Part shown: positions 37,770 through 48,006 of the stretch, piece after piece
Position numbering within the stretch: the first letter of the stretch is position 1
Layout: every line of letters begins with the position of its first letter
Assembly (NCBI GenBank): GCA_965204745.1
Contig: OZ242010.1
Coordinates: forward strand, 5,280,001-5,344,000
Length of the DNA stretch: 64,000 bases
From: Candidatus Latescibacterota bacterium
Lineage (GTDB): Bacteria; Latescibacterota; UBA2968
Direction: 5' to 3'
Notes under the pieces: generated by a model
The model's input: the letters and a program-made list of their open reading frames with translations, nothing else
Told to the model about the DNA's origin: nothing
The model's database searches: none
Translations under genes and position numbers: made by a program

Positions 37770-37771
37770 CT

Positions 37772-39007
37772 TCAATCCAGCAATTTGCCCCCGCCGAACA
37801 TGGTCGAGATGTCGCGTTGGATGTCGGCTTGGGTGAGGGGCCAGCCCGCGGCGCGGAGCGATTCGTATTTCTCGACGAAAACCGGGGCGATGACTTGGAT
37901 GGCATGCGTCCATTTGTAGAGCAACTGGTCGAGGATGCGCGCATCGGAGTGCTGCGGGACAAAACTCGTGCCGAGCAGTTCGAGGCGTTCGGCGGTAATT
38001 TCGCGGATGATGCTCGGATTGTTCAAAAACCACCAGCAGCCAAAGGGATGCACATTGGGAAATTTGCGGCCCGTCACGCAGAGTTCGTGCTGGTTCTCGC
38101 GCGAGAGCAAGGTGATGAGAAAATCGACCTCCGGCCAATCGCGGGCGATGCGCTCGAGGTTCGTCATATCCCACTTGCCCAAACTGTCGCCCCCGTCTTT
38201 GAGCACGGGGTTGACCTGCCGCGTCACCCCGATCATCATCGCCGATGGGATTTGCAATTCCCGCGCCGTGGGATACACCACGTTGCCCATCATCAGGGAG
38301 ATGCTGTCCGCTGAGGGATATGCAAAATCCGGGGGAAGCGAGATCGCCATGTAGCGCGCGTCCATCTTTGCCACCCAGTCCGCGAGATAGCGGCGCAGTT
38401 CCGAAAAGGTCTTGTCGGACAACCCCTCTTCCACGTCATACCCCAAACCGCGCAGTTTGCCCACCGGCGTCGGCCAGTTCATCAACGCGCTGTCGAGGCG
38501 CAAGACCGCCTTGAAGCGCGGGTCAATGGAAACGCCCTGCTGCCACATCGCGCCTTCGGCGTCGTCGAGCGGATCATTGGTCATGTACACACAGGCGACC
38601 CCGGCTTTTTCAAACACCATATCGGTGTATTCTTCGGGCGTCTTGGAGGCGTAAAAGGCGCGAAACTCGGACAGGTCTGTAGCACGGGGATTCAGCCCCA
38701 AGCGGCTCATCACAGTGACCACGCCCAGTTGTGCTTCGGAAATCGGCGAACTGTTGCCCACGAAAAGTCGTCGCCAGATCACGTCGGCCTGTTCCGCAGT
38801 GGGCATATTGTTAAACGCGGCCACCGAGACGCCTTCGGGCAACATGCGCGAACACTCGGCTTTGAGATAGTGGTAGGTCAGCAACTCGTCCGGCCCGGCC
38901 AGGTACAACGCGCCCATCGACGCGGGGTAGAGATGCGTGTGAATATCGACAATGGCGTGGTTTTGAAATGCGTTCTCCACGGCTTTTGCGATTGAAAAAT
39001 TGGACAT
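37772..39007 (-). CDS. uxaC: Uronate (glucuronate) isomerase-like amidohydrolase
   Basis: DIHTH, LLTYHYL, MTNDP, FGCWWFLNNP, PQHSDARILDQL.YKW. Confidence 0.8.
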   Translation of the reverse strand: MSNFSIAKAVENAFQNHAIVDIHTHLYPASMGALYLAGPDELLTYHYLKAECSRMLPEGVSVAAFNNMPTAEQADVIWRRLFVGNSSPISEAQLGVVTVMSRLGLNPRATDLSEFRAFYASKTPEEYTDMVFEKAGVACVYMTNDPLDDAEGAMWQQGVSIDPRFKAVLRLDSALMNWPTPVGKLRGLGYDVEEGLSDKTFSELRRYLADWVAKMDARYMAISLPPDFAYPSADSISLMMGNVVYPTARELQIPSAMMIGVTRQVNPVLKDGGDSLGKWDMTNLERIARDWPEVDFLITLLSRENQHELCVTGRKFPNVHPFGCWWFLNNPSIIREITAERLELLGTSFVPQHSDARILDQLLYKWTHAIQVIAPVFVEKYESLRAAGWPLTQADIQRDISTMFGGGKLLD

Positions 39008-39042
39008 GTTCATTCCCCTTTTCGCGAATGCGATGAATTGGA

Positions 39043-39885
39043 TCAATACCGGTCGATCAGAAACAGAAATTCGCGCCAGTTTTTGATTTCGACATGCGGA
39101 TCCGGGCCGTCGAGCGGCGCGTCCAACCGGTTGTACCACACGGCGCCCATGCCGGCATTGTGCGCGCCGGCAATGTCGTATTGCGGCGTATTGCCTATGT
39201 ACCACGCATCCGAGGGTTTCACGCCGAGCTTGGCTGCAGCGGTTTCCAAGATGAGGGGATGGGGCTTACGCACCCAGTAGTCCGCGCTCGACATGAGAAA
39301 TTGAAAATAATTCGCGAGCCCCTGTCGCTCGAGTTCCCACCACAACGTGTTGCCACAAAACGCGGCATTGCTGACAATGCCCATTGGAATGCGTTTTTCG
39401 TTCAATGTTTTGAGGGCATTTTCCACACCCGGTTCGGGCCGCCACGACATGGCCGCACGCCAAAACACGCGCTCAACTTCCTCGGGCGCACAATCAAAGG
39501 CGATGTGCAGAGCTTCGTAAACATGGCGTTGAAAAATGTGCGGATGAAATTCCACCTGCGCTTTTTCGCGGCGCGGAATGAGGTCGCGGTTCATGCTTTC
39601 AATGCGCCTGCCGATGTCTTTGACCGTATGGCCCGATGGGTTGTTGGCGATTTCGAGCGTGGCTGCAATCCCCGCCTCCGGGTCAAAGCCGAGATGCGTC
39701 AAGAGCGTGTCGCCCATGTCGAACAAAACGCCGAGCGGCTTTTGCAAGGTCGACGCCCGTTGCGCCTTGGGTCGGGGTCGTGTTTCGCGCATTTCCGCCG
39801 CGGTGACCGTTTTGTGCTCGGTTCGCTCACCGCTCGCCTCCCGAGTCTGAGAAGCGCGAATAGCCTGCGGCCGATTTTGTCGCAT
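39043..39885 (-). CDS. HAD-superfamily hydrolase (start uncertain)
   Basis: LFDMGDTL, IVSN, RKPHP, YIGNT...DIAGAHNAGM. Confidence 0.85.
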   Translation of the reverse strand: MRQNRPQAIRASQTREASGERTEHKTVTAAEMRETRPRPKAQRASTLQKPLGVLFDMGDTLLTHLGFDPEAGIAATLEIANNPSGHTVKDIGRRIESMNRDLIPRREKAQVEFHPHIFQRHVYEALHIAFDCAPEEVERVFWRAAMSWRPEPGVENALKTLNEKRIPMGIVSNAAFCGNTLWWELERQGLANYFQFLMSSADYWVRKPHPLILETAAAKLGVKPSDAWYIGNTPQYDIAGAHNAGMGAVWYNRLDAPLDGPDPHVEIKNWREFLFLIDRY

Positions 39886-39897
39886 CTCTTAGCCGCT

Positions 39898-41262
39898 CCT
39901 TCAAATTGTATGAAATCGACTTTATCGCATACTATCGCATGCTACACAAAAGCCAATGACCGTTGATTCGATTGCCGCTTCTTTGGGCGTGCGTCCACGC
40001 GCTTACAACCTCGTGTCCGTCTTATCGTTCCTCCACGTCCGTTTATCGACTCGGCAGGGCTTGCCGCGTCGTATTGTGCAAGATTTCTTGCCGCGTTCAA
40101 ATCGCGGTCAAGAACCAGTCCGCAGGACAAGCAGACATACTCACGCTCTGACAAATCCATAGCAACCTTGCGCTGTCCACAGCCAGAGCATGTCTTCGTG
40201 CTGGCAAACCACCTGTCGGCTTTCTCAAAGGCCACGCCAGACCATTCGCACTTATACGCCAACATACGCAAGAAGCCTGCGATGCCGGCGCGGTGGAACG
40301 CACGCGACAGGCTTTTGTTGCGGCGCATACCGGCGACATTCAGCGTTTCGACAATCACCTTGCCAACGGTCGTCGCTTTGACCAAAGCGGAAGTGGCTTT
40401 GTGATGAACATCGTTGCGAATGGTTGTGATGCGTCCGTAGATGCGCTGGCGTTGGTCATACAAGCGTTGCCTGCGATTACTGCGTTGGTTCTTGCCATGC
40501 ACATGCTTTGAGCGTGCGATGGCTTTATCTACTCGGCGCAACTTCCGATACTGCGTATCAATTGATCCTTTTGGATTGTCTATCGTTGTGCCATCAGAAT
40601 AGGTTGCCAGCGTCTTGATGCCCATGTCAATGCCGATGGGTTCACCAGACCGCTTATCGGGCACAGCCTCGCCAGTATCGACAGATAGACAAACAAACCA
40701 GCGGTCATGCGTCTTTGTCACCGTGGCTTTGACAATCTCGCCGGGAAAGCGCAGACGCTCAGCCATCTTGACCCAACCAATTTTGGGGAGATAGACCTTT
40801 TTGCCGTCCACCTTGACCGTACCGGGCCCATTATCGGCTTGGTACGCACGCTTACCAGACCGCTTGCGGTGTTTTGGAAACCTCGCTGGCGATTTCTTGT
40901 CTTGCCACCTCTTGATGGCAAAGTCCAAATCGTGAATGGCGTTCTTTGATGCGTTCTGCGACAACTCGACAGACCATTCATACTCGGCATACTTGACCGC
41001 ATTGAACTCCCGCTTGAGCGTATAGACCGACTTAAACACGCCCATATCCAGGGCGTGTTTGAACGCATTGAGGGCGTGATTATACGCAACACGAGCATAG
41101 CCACAGTGCTTTGACAACCGCGTCGCCTGGGCTTTATTCGGCTTCAGTGCATTTTTGTGCGTCTTAACCATTGGCCTATCCAATCTTCAACACCAACTGC
41201 TTTCGCTCGATAATATACGATTTTATACGATACGATACGATTATAGCGAAATGTTACTTACC
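39898..41262 (-). mobile_element. Non-autonomous IS607-like element carrying only tnpB
   Basis: tnpB plus inverted arrays of 10-bp-spaced motifs at both ends (ATCGCAT at 39924 and 39934; ATACGAT at 41215, 41225, 41235). GG dinucleotides at the inferred boundaries; no tnpA. Confidence 0.65.
39942..41171 (-). CDS. tnpB: RNA-guided endonuclease TnpB, 409 aa
   Basis: G.AR.AYN, GIDMGIK (RuvC I), VETLNV (RuvC II), CSGC/CLSC zinc finger, DRDLNAARNL (RuvC III). Confidence 0.95.
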   Translation of the reverse strand: MVKTHKNALKPNKAQATRLSKHCGYARVAYNHALNAFKHALDMGVFKSVYTLKREFNAVKYAEYEWSVELSQNASKNAIHDLDFAIKRWQDKKSPARFPKHRKRSGKRAYQADNGPGTVKVDGKKVYLPKIGWVKMAERLRFPGEIVKATVTKTHDRWFVCLSVDTGEAVPDKRSGEPIGIDMGIKTLATYSDGTTIDNPKGSIDTQYRKLRRVDKAIARSKHVHGKNQRSNRRQRLYDQRQRIYGRITTIRNDVHHKATSALVKATTVGKVIVETLNVAGMRRNKSLSRAFHRAGIAGFLRMLAYKCEWSGVAFEKADRWFASTKTCSGCGQRKVAMDLSEREYVCLSCGLVLDRDLNAARNLAQYDAASPAESINGRGGTIRRTRGCKRVDARPKKRQSNQRSLAFV

Positions 41263-41508
41263 CTCTGTCGTTCCTATATCCTCGCCACTCCGCTCTTCCC
41301 AAGTATAGGTTGGGAATGGCGATGAAGCAAGCGAGAATATGGCGAGATGTAGGGGCGGCGCAATTAGCCGTTCTCAAGCCAGTTCATGGATGGGAAACGA
41401 CGAGCGAGGTAGGGGCAGTGCCCCTGTGCCAAAAAAAAATGATGTGGCTATCAGAAATTATCATACCTTTTCGATATGGATGGGAATAATGTGAAAAAGG
41501 AGAATAAC

Positions 41509-42336
41509 ATGGTTTCTGATCTCGATATCTATCTGTTCGACTTGCGCGGGTACCTGCTTCTGGAAGGCGCGCTGACCGATAGTGAAGTTCGGGCATTGAA
41601 CGGGTGTTTGGACGAAATTCCCGCGCTCGCGCCGGGCGACTGGTATGGGTATATCCACGGCCATGCGTATGGCGATGTCACATCGGGAATCAACTATCAG
41701 CAGATTTACGAGGCGGGCGAGCCGTATGAAAAGCTGATCGACCATCCGTCTTGGTTTGAACACGTCAAGTTGTTCATCGGCGGCGAAGGCACCTTTGACT
41801 ACCATCACGGCCCCGTGTTCATCGACGAATGTTTTGCCAATTTCCGCGGGCCGGGCGAGGCCATTGGCCTGCATTCGGGTGGGTTTCCGCCCATTCACAG
41901 AAATCAGTTTCGCTATCGCGGCGGCCGGTTTATGTGCGGGCAGATCAACGTGCTGATCGCCCTCACAGACATCGGGCCGGGCGATGGGGGAACGATGCTG
42001 ATTCCGGGCAGCCACAAATCGAATTTCAAGCATCCGCATTACGACAAACAGCGGATGGGAGAGAACAGGTCCGTCGATGGCACCCTAGGCGCGATTGAAG
42101 TGTTTATGAAGGCGGGCGATACCTTGGTTTTTGTCGATGGGATTTCTCACGGCTCCGCCAAGCGCGTCAACGAGGGCACGCGGCGCATTGTCGTGTATCG
42201 CTACGGCCCTTCGTGGGGAAATTTCCGGCACGGGTACCAGCCCTCACCGGAATTGCTCGACCGCCTCACACCCCAACGCCGCCGCATCGTCCAACCCCAG
42301 GTCTTGCTCCCACGCGAACCACAAATCAAAAAATAA
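41509..42336 (+). CDS. PhyH-family Fe(II)/2OG enzyme with HxG in place of HxD
   Basis: YLFDLRGYL, LIDHP, GLHSGG, DGGTMLIPGSHK, SHGS. SD aaggag. Confidence 0.85.
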   Translation: MVSDLDIYLFDLRGYLLLEGALTDSEVRALNGCLDEIPALAPGDWYGYIHGHAYGDVTSGINYQQIYEAGEPYEKLIDHPSWFEHVKLFIGGEGTFDYHHGPVFIDECFANFRGPGEAIGLHSGGFPPIHRNQFRYRGGRFMCGQINVLIALTDIGPGDGGTMLIPGSHKSNFKHPHYDKQRMGENRSVDGTLGAIEVFMKAGDTLVFVDGISHGSAKRVNEGTRRIVVYRYGPSWGNFRHGYQPSPELLDRLTPQRRRIVQPQVLLPREPQIKK

Positions 42337-42372
42337 AAAAAGGAAGGCGACCTGCCTTCCCCCTTTCTTTTG
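42334..42372. terminator. Probable bidirectional terminator
   Basis: A-tract, ggaaggc-gacct-gccttcc hairpin, then T-rich, between convergent genes. Confidence 0.55.
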
Positions 42373-42386
42373 CACAAAAAATGGCA

Positions 42387-43232
42387 TTAGCACGTTGCGC
42401 CGAGTTGGTCGCCGCCGTAGATGGCTAGGCGTTCTGCTGTGGTCAGCGCGACAGCACGTTGAGGGCGGTAGTGGTATTGCAAGGCCCTGCGGCGATAGGG
42501 CGAGCGATTGGTCGGGCTACCGTGATGGGTCAAGCCGTGCCAGAACAGGCAACCGCCGGGATCGAGCGGCACAGTGACGCTGTTGGGAACAGCCACATCC
42601 GCGTCGCATATTTGCCAGTCGCGCCGCTTAAAATGCGGGATCGGGCCATGTTGGTTAGAACCGGGAATGATGTGCAAACACCCATTTTCTTCGGTGGCCG
42701 CATCTATCGCAATCCACACCCCGACAACCGTGGTGTGAACGGGATAATTGAAATACGCGCAGTCTTGGTGCCATGGCTTCTCGCGGCCAATGCGCGGGGG
42801 TTTGATCAGCCCCATGTCCTGAAAGAGCACGGGCGTGTCGTTCATCATGCGGGCGAGCACAGCGAGCACGTCGGGGGCATAAGCGAGGGCAGAGAGGCGG
42901 TCGTCGCTATCGACAAATTGCCAGAGTTTCCGCACGGCATCGCGGCGCGCCTCACCCGTGAGTGTGGAAAAACACCCGCGGTTGTCGGCTTCGACCTGCA
43001 AGCCCTTAAAGTCCGGATTGTTGCCATCGATGAGGTGCCACATCGCCCGGCCAGCGGATTCAATTTGTTGCGGCGCGAACGCCTGCCGAATGGCGAGATA
43101 CCCCTGTTCGTGAAACCGGGCGATTTGACGGTCGTCAATATCGGCGAGCGTATCGAGATACTCGGCCCGTCTGTTCGCGCTGTAGAGCGATGGGTCATGG
43201 ATCTCGATAGACACGGGAACTGGTTCTGCCAT
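42387..43232 (-). CDS. PhyH-family Fe(II)/2OG dioxygenase
   Basis: FHEQGYL, KPP..GREKPWHQD, GCLHIIPGS, HHGSPTN.S..RRRA. SD caggag. Confidence 0.9.
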   Translation of the reverse strand: MAEPVPVSIEIHDPSLYSANRRAEYLDTLADIDDRQIARFHEQGYLAIRQAFAPQQIESAGRAMWHLIDGNNPDFKGLQVEADNRGCFSTLTGEARRDAVRKLWQFVDSDDRLSALAYAPDVLAVLARMMNDTPVLFQDMGLIKPPRIGREKPWHQDCAYFNYPVHTTVVGVWIAIDAATEENGCLHIIPGSNQHGPIPHFKRRDWQICDADVAVPNSVTVPLDPGGCLFWHGLTHHGSPTNRSPYRRRALQYHYRPQRAVALTTAERLAIYGGDQLGATC

Positions 43233-43495
43233 GAGATACTCCTGAAAAGATGGAAGTTTAGCCACGAGCGAGGTACAACTGGCAACAGCCCGTTCAAAAA
43301 CACGAGCGGGGTACAACTGGCGACAGTCCGATCAAACAAAGATACAAGAAACCTTTACAGGCTATCGTCGCGGTGGTGAAAGTAGGGGACTATAATTATA
43401 GCCCCCTACGCCATTCAATCTGGGGCATGTTGCGGCACGACCAGGATTTTGATGGCGAGAAATTCTATCGGATCACCGCGCAAACCCCTTGACCT

Positions 43496-44455
43496 TTAAG
43501 AGCGTATCTTATTTTTTTCGCTTTCTAATGCGAGGAGCATGACCTCTGTTGTCGTTAGCAAATCCAGCGCGTTGTGGAACAGAATATCGCGCATTTGCAC
43601 GGCATTGCCCGAGAGCACAAAGCGGTGGTACGCGTCGGGAATTTCCGCGCCCGGAATATCGCCGCGCCGGATGCGGTGGCAAAGATGGCGTTCCAAGGTC
43701 TGCAACTTGCAGTTGGGCAGTTGCCGGCCCCAAAACCGCCGCGCCACATGCAACATGTCAATATGCGCTTGTCGCAGGCAGAAGGGCACGCCCAAGAACG
43801 CGCACCGGTCGCGGATATAGGGCAAATCGTAGGACTTGCCATTGAAGCTGACAATCACGCTGGACGCATCCAACAGGGCGGCGAAGTGCGTCAACAGCGC
43901 GGCTTCTTCGGTGTAATCGCGGGCTAGCAGTTGGACGACGCGCAAGTCGCCATTGAACTGCGCCAAGATGCCGATCAAGAACAAGGGCGTGCCCGCGGTC
44001 AATCCCGTGGTTTCGATATCCACGCAAATCACATCGCGGGCATGGGCGTCGATGAGGGGATGGAAAGTGTCGTAGCGATCCCACGGCACATTGCCCGCGT
44101 GCAACGCGCTGATCGCGCGTGTGTATCGCTCGGCAAATGCCCGGCCGCCGCCGTGCAGAATTTCTCGCACGGTTTGGTCGATCCGCAGAAACGCGCCCGC
44201 GGGCGTCTGGATCGCTTGGCCCTGCGCCACTTCGCTCAACGAGAGGTGCAACCGCGCATCGGCCGCGGTCGCCATGACGCGCAAGTCGCGGGCATCGGGC
44301 ACGGGCGTGCGGAATGAGGTCGCTGCGTTGCCGCGGTTTTTTTGATCGGTTGCAACGGGGCGGTGCTCGGATTCGGACACTTCGATCTCGTCTTTGTGTT
44401 TCAAATCGCGGCGGTTGAGCGCGGCAATGCGTTTTCGCATGTCATCGGAAATCAT
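43496..44455 (-). CDS. RNase H-like DEDD exonuclease domain protein (YprB/RNase_H_2 family)
   Basis: DIETTGL, FNGKSYD.P, HIDML, LQTLE, R.GDIPGAEIP, HNALD. Confidence 0.85.
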   Translation of the reverse strand: MISDDMRKRIAALNRRDLKHKDEIEVSESEHRPVATDQKNRGNAATSFRTPVPDARDLRVMATAADARLHLSLSEVAQGQAIQTPAGAFLRIDQTVREILHGGGRAFAERYTRAISALHAGNVPWDRYDTFHPLIDAHARDVICVDIETTGLTAGTPLFLIGILAQFNGDLRVVQLLARDYTEEAALLTHFAALLDASSVIVSFNGKSYDLPYIRDRCAFLGVPFCLRQAHIDMLHVARRFWGRQLPNCKLQTLERHLCHRIRRGDIPGAEIPDAYHRFVLSGNAVQMRDILFHNALDLLTTTEVMLLALESEKNKIRS

Positions 44456-44542
44456 AGGGACAATATACTTTCAGAACCGCCCATCCGTCAAGGTGTAGAA
44501 ACTTCTCGCATGAACGAAATGGGTTTATTAAATTACGGGTCT

Positions 44543-46447
44543 ATGAAACGCATCTATTTTTGGATTTTCTTTTTTTTGGTAGGGTGTCTCGCGCCCGATC
44601 CTGGGCAACGCGAAGCGGGTGAGGCCGTGCAGTCCAATGCGGTGATCCGCGAATCGCGCGCACCCGAGCAGATCGATCCCACAATTTTGATCGACCGCAC
44701 CTTTGGCGAAGCCCCCGGCCTCGCTGAAAAAGTCAAAAGCGGCAAACTCCCTCCGGTATCTGAACGCCTGCCGGAAAATCCCCTCGTGGTCATCCCGATA
44801 GACACCATCGGACAATATGGGGGCATCTTGCGCCGCGCACTCACGGGCGACATCATCCAAACAGCGGGCGCGAATAAAACCCTGAGCGAAAATCTGATGG
44901 GATTTTCCCGGCCCTTGCCGGACAGCATTGTACACAACCTCGCAGAAAGTTTTGAATTTCGAGACGCGGGTCGAACCGCGATTTTCAAAATCCGCAAGGG
45001 CATCAAGTGGTCCGATGGCGCGCCATTTACGGTTGACGACATCTTGTTTTGGTACTACGACATGACCTTTGACGACAATGCCCGGCCGCACAACCAGCCG
45101 GTTCCCCCTTCGGTGTGGGTGGTGGATGGCAAGCCCATTGACTTGGAGAAGATCGACGATCATACCTTGAAAGTCTCGTCGTCCAAACCCCTCGGCCGCG
45201 TCTTGCACGCGCTGTGTTCAGATGTGGTTGCACAGCCCAAACACCACTTGTCGCACTTGCATCCGCGGTACAATCCGGAAGCGCGTTATGAGGAGTTTCG
45301 GGAAAAAGCCACGAATGCCATGCTCATCATGAAACCCGGGATGCCGCGCTTGTCTGCGTGGGTGCCCGTGGAATGGATTCGCGGGCAACGCATCGTTTAT
45401 GAGCGCAATCCTTATTATTGGAAGGTGGATACCGCGGGCAATCAACTGCCTTATGTGGACCGCCTCGAATTTACGGTCATCCAAGACCCGCAGGTTATTT
45501 TGCTCAAATTCGTCAATGGCGAGCTCGACTTGTTTGGGCGGTATTCCCGCATCAACATGTTTCCCACCCTGCGCGCCGAAGAAACAGAGGGCAAGTTCAA
45601 ATTGCGAATCACCGGGCCGGACCGAGGGCCGGCGTACTATCTCAACTGGGATACGCCCAAACCCGCGCTGCGCGAAGCCTTTCGCAACCGGGATGTGCGC
45701 GTCGCCATGTCGCACGCGATCAACCGCGAGGAGATCAACCAGATCGTGTATCACGGCTTGCTCGATCCCTCGGGATATTCTTTCGCGCCCTCCAACCCGC
45801 ACTACGCCGAGGCGGCCTATCGCAAATATTCTGCCTTTGACCCGGCCCTATCCCGCGACCTTTTGGACAGGGCCGAGTACCGCGACACAGATGGCGATGG
45901 GTGGCGCGAGCTCCTGGACGGGTCGCGTTTTGAACTCAATATCGACGTGATTCCCGGGGTCGGCGTGGATGTGTCCGAACTCGTGTCCGAACACTGGCGC
46001 GACATTGGCATCAAAGCCAATTTGAATATCGCGTTGCGCGACATCGTATGGCCGCGCCGGCTCAACGGGGAATTTGACATCCACCACTGGGGACTCGAAG
46101 GCCCGGCCGATCCTTTGGGCCGCCTCAACGACTGGGCGATTATGGCGCCCACCGTGCCCTTTTGGCACCGCAATGCGTCCAAAGAAGGCCCGGCGTGGTT
46201 GCGCGAAGCCACGGCCCGCATCAAAAAGGTGTTGACGAGCGTCGATCCCATCGCCGTACACCGGGAAATGACAGACGTGCGCGACCTCCACACCGACAAT
46301 GTACCCGTTATCGTCGTCGGTTCCGCCTATTCCATCTGGGGGGCGAGCACGCGACTGGGCAATGTCCCGCTTCAAGGCAGCGCCGCAGACGTACATCGCG
46401 GCTGGGGCCGCCCCGTGTTCCACGAACAGATTTTTGTGAGGAAGTAG
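44543..46447 (+). CDS. ABC transporter substrate-binding lipoprotein, family 5 (peptide/oligosaccharide)
   Basis: Lipobox LVGC, LPPVSERLPENP, GQYGG, KWSDGAPFTVDD, RNPYYWKVD..GNQLPY. Confidence 0.92.
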   Translation: MKRIYFWIFFFLVGCLAPDPGQREAGEAVQSNAVIRESRAPEQIDPTILIDRTFGEAPGLAEKVKSGKLPPVSERLPENPLVVIPIDTIGQYGGILRRALTGDIIQTAGANKTLSENLMGFSRPLPDSIVHNLAESFEFRDAGRTAIFKIRKGIKWSDGAPFTVDDILFWYYDMTFDDNARPHNQPVPPSVWVVDGKPIDLEKIDDHTLKVSSSKPLGRVLHALCSDVVAQPKHHLSHLHPRYNPEARYEEFREKATNAMLIMKPGMPRLSAWVPVEWIRGQRIVYERNPYYWKVDTAGNQLPYVDRLEFTVIQDPQVILLKFVNGELDLFGRYSRINMFPTLRAEETEGKFKLRITGPDRGPAYYLNWDTPKPALREAFRNRDVRVAMSHAINREEINQIVYHGLLDPSGYSFAPSNPHYAEAAYRKYSAFDPALSRDLLDRAEYRDTDGDGWRELLDGSRFELNIDVIPGVGVDVSELVSEHWRDIGIKANLNIALRDIVWPRRLNGEFDIHHWGLEGPADPLGRLNDWAIMAPTVPFWHRNASKEGPAWLREATARIKKVLTSVDPIAVHREMTDVRDLHTDNVPVIVVGSAYSIWGASTRLGNVPLQGSAADVHRGWGRPVFHEQIFVRK

Positions 46448-46651
46448 CGAGCGATCAACCCTCCCCATCCACCCCGGAGATATGTTTCGCCGACCTCTTG
46501 GGGATTGTGTGGCCTTCTCACGTCTCACGTCTCGCTTTTAGGGTTGTGTGGCCTCTTGCATCTTTGGGCCGCCCCGTGCAGATTTTTGTTAGCGAAAGGC
46601 TATCTCCGCAGAGACGGCCTTTCCCGATTCCTTTACATTTGGGAGAATGAT

Positions 46652-47893
46652 ATGGATGACCAACAATTGGAACAAGCCTTGCAGAAGGTTGGAAAAGAAT
46701 GCTTTGTGACCTATCTTGAGAAGTTCGCCGACTTTTCGATAGTCAACAAAGATGTTGCCGCACAGATTAAGGCGGAGAAAAATTACACGGACAAAGCCTG
46801 CCAATATCGCACAAACGATGCCCGCCGCATCATCAGGGCAGGCCAAGCTGTGGATGCCTTGATCAATATTAGCCAATCAAATGTGCCAAGCCATGTTATG
46901 GAAAAAGCTCGCAAAATTGCCGAGCGGGCCAATGCCGAAAATAAGGGCAAGTCGGTCAATGGCTCTGATCTGCTACAAATTATCGCGGCCTCAGTCGGTC
47001 TCACTTTTACCTACGCGATTGACAACATCCTTAAAGATGGTTGTTTTCTTGATCGGGCCAAACTGGAAATGGTACTACAGCGGCTCAAGGACAAGAAGAA
47101 CCTGATTCTACAGGGGCCGCCGGGCACGGGCAAGACTTGGCTGGCTACCAAGTTGGCGTTTGCTCTGCTTGGGGGCAAAGACAGACGCAGGGTGGAGCGT
47201 TTCCAGTTTCATCCCAATCTCTCTTACGGGGACTTCATCCGCGGTTACCGTCCTCAAGGTGAAAAAGGGCCAACGCTCGTTGACGGTCCGTTTCTCAGGG
47301 TGGTTAATAACGCGAAGGAAGAGCCTGATCGCGATTACGCACTCGTCATTGAAGATATAAACCGGGGCAACCCGGCCCAGATTTTCGGCGAGATGCTGAC
47401 CCTGCTGGAAGCCGACAAGCGCGAGTACAGTGACGCACTGACGCTGGCCCATCCTCATACTCCTGATGAGCGCGTCTATATTCCGCCTAATGTGTATGTT
47501 ATTGGCACGATGAATGTCGCGGATCGCTCTTTGGCACTCTTCAATTTGGCTCTCCGACGCCGATTTGCGTTCGTTGACCTGGAACCCATTTTCGACACCA
47601 CTTGGCGCGACTGGGTCAACCGGGAGTGTGACATAGATAGCGACTTTCTATCGACCATTGCAAATCGGCTGACGTCTCTGAATGAGCAAATCGCAGCCGA
47701 TCACAATCTGGGGCCACAATTCCGAATCGGGCACAGCGTCGTAACCCCTCAACCCAACGCATCGATTACTGATCCGATAAAGTGGTTCACAGATGTCGTC
47801 GAAACCGAGATAGGCCCCATGCTGGATGAGTACTGGTTCGATAATGCGGATGAGGCTCAAAAAGCAAAGCGAGCACTGCTGGAAGACCTGTGA
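46652..47893 (+). CDS. mcrB: McrB-like AAA+ GTPase with short unrecognised N-terminal domain, 413 aa
   Basis: LQGPPGTGKT, QFHPNLSY, IEDINRGN, GTMNVADRS, ALRRRF, IGHS. Confidence 0.85.
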   Translation: MDDQQLEQALQKVGKECFVTYLEKFADFSIVNKDVAAQIKAEKNYTDKACQYRTNDARRIIRAGQAVDALINISQSNVPSHVMEKARKIAERANAENKGKSVNGSDLLQIIAASVGLTFTYAIDNILKDGCFLDRAKLEMVLQRLKDKKNLILQGPPGTGKTWLATKLAFALLGGKDRRRVERFQFHPNLSYGDFIRGYRPQGEKGPTLVDGPFLRVVNNAKEEPDRDYALVIEDINRGNPAQIFGEMLTLLEADKREYSDALTLAHPHTPDERVYIPPNVYVIGTMNVADRSLALFNLALRRRFAFVDLEPIFDTTWRDWVNRECDIDSDFLSTIANRLTSLNEQIAADHNLGPQFRIGHSVVTPQPNASITDPIKWFTDVVETEIGPMLDEYWFDNADEAQKAKRALLEDL

Positions 47894-48006
47894 TGATAGC
47901 CCCTAACACTATTGACCGTGCGGACCGCGCTATTGCCGAAGAGGCCATCGGCGCGGTGTTGGACAACGGAGAACTGATTGCTTGAACGGTTGGGCGTTGG
48001 GCGGCC

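Noticed and set aside
37770-38174. N-terminal 135 aa of the 524-aa ORF
   Set aside because: It overlaps the uxaC-like gene in another frame; nuclease-like composition starts at 37769.
47893-47985. 30-codon ORF as mcrC
   Set aside because: Positioned like mcrC but too short and lacks any McrC motif; not annotated.
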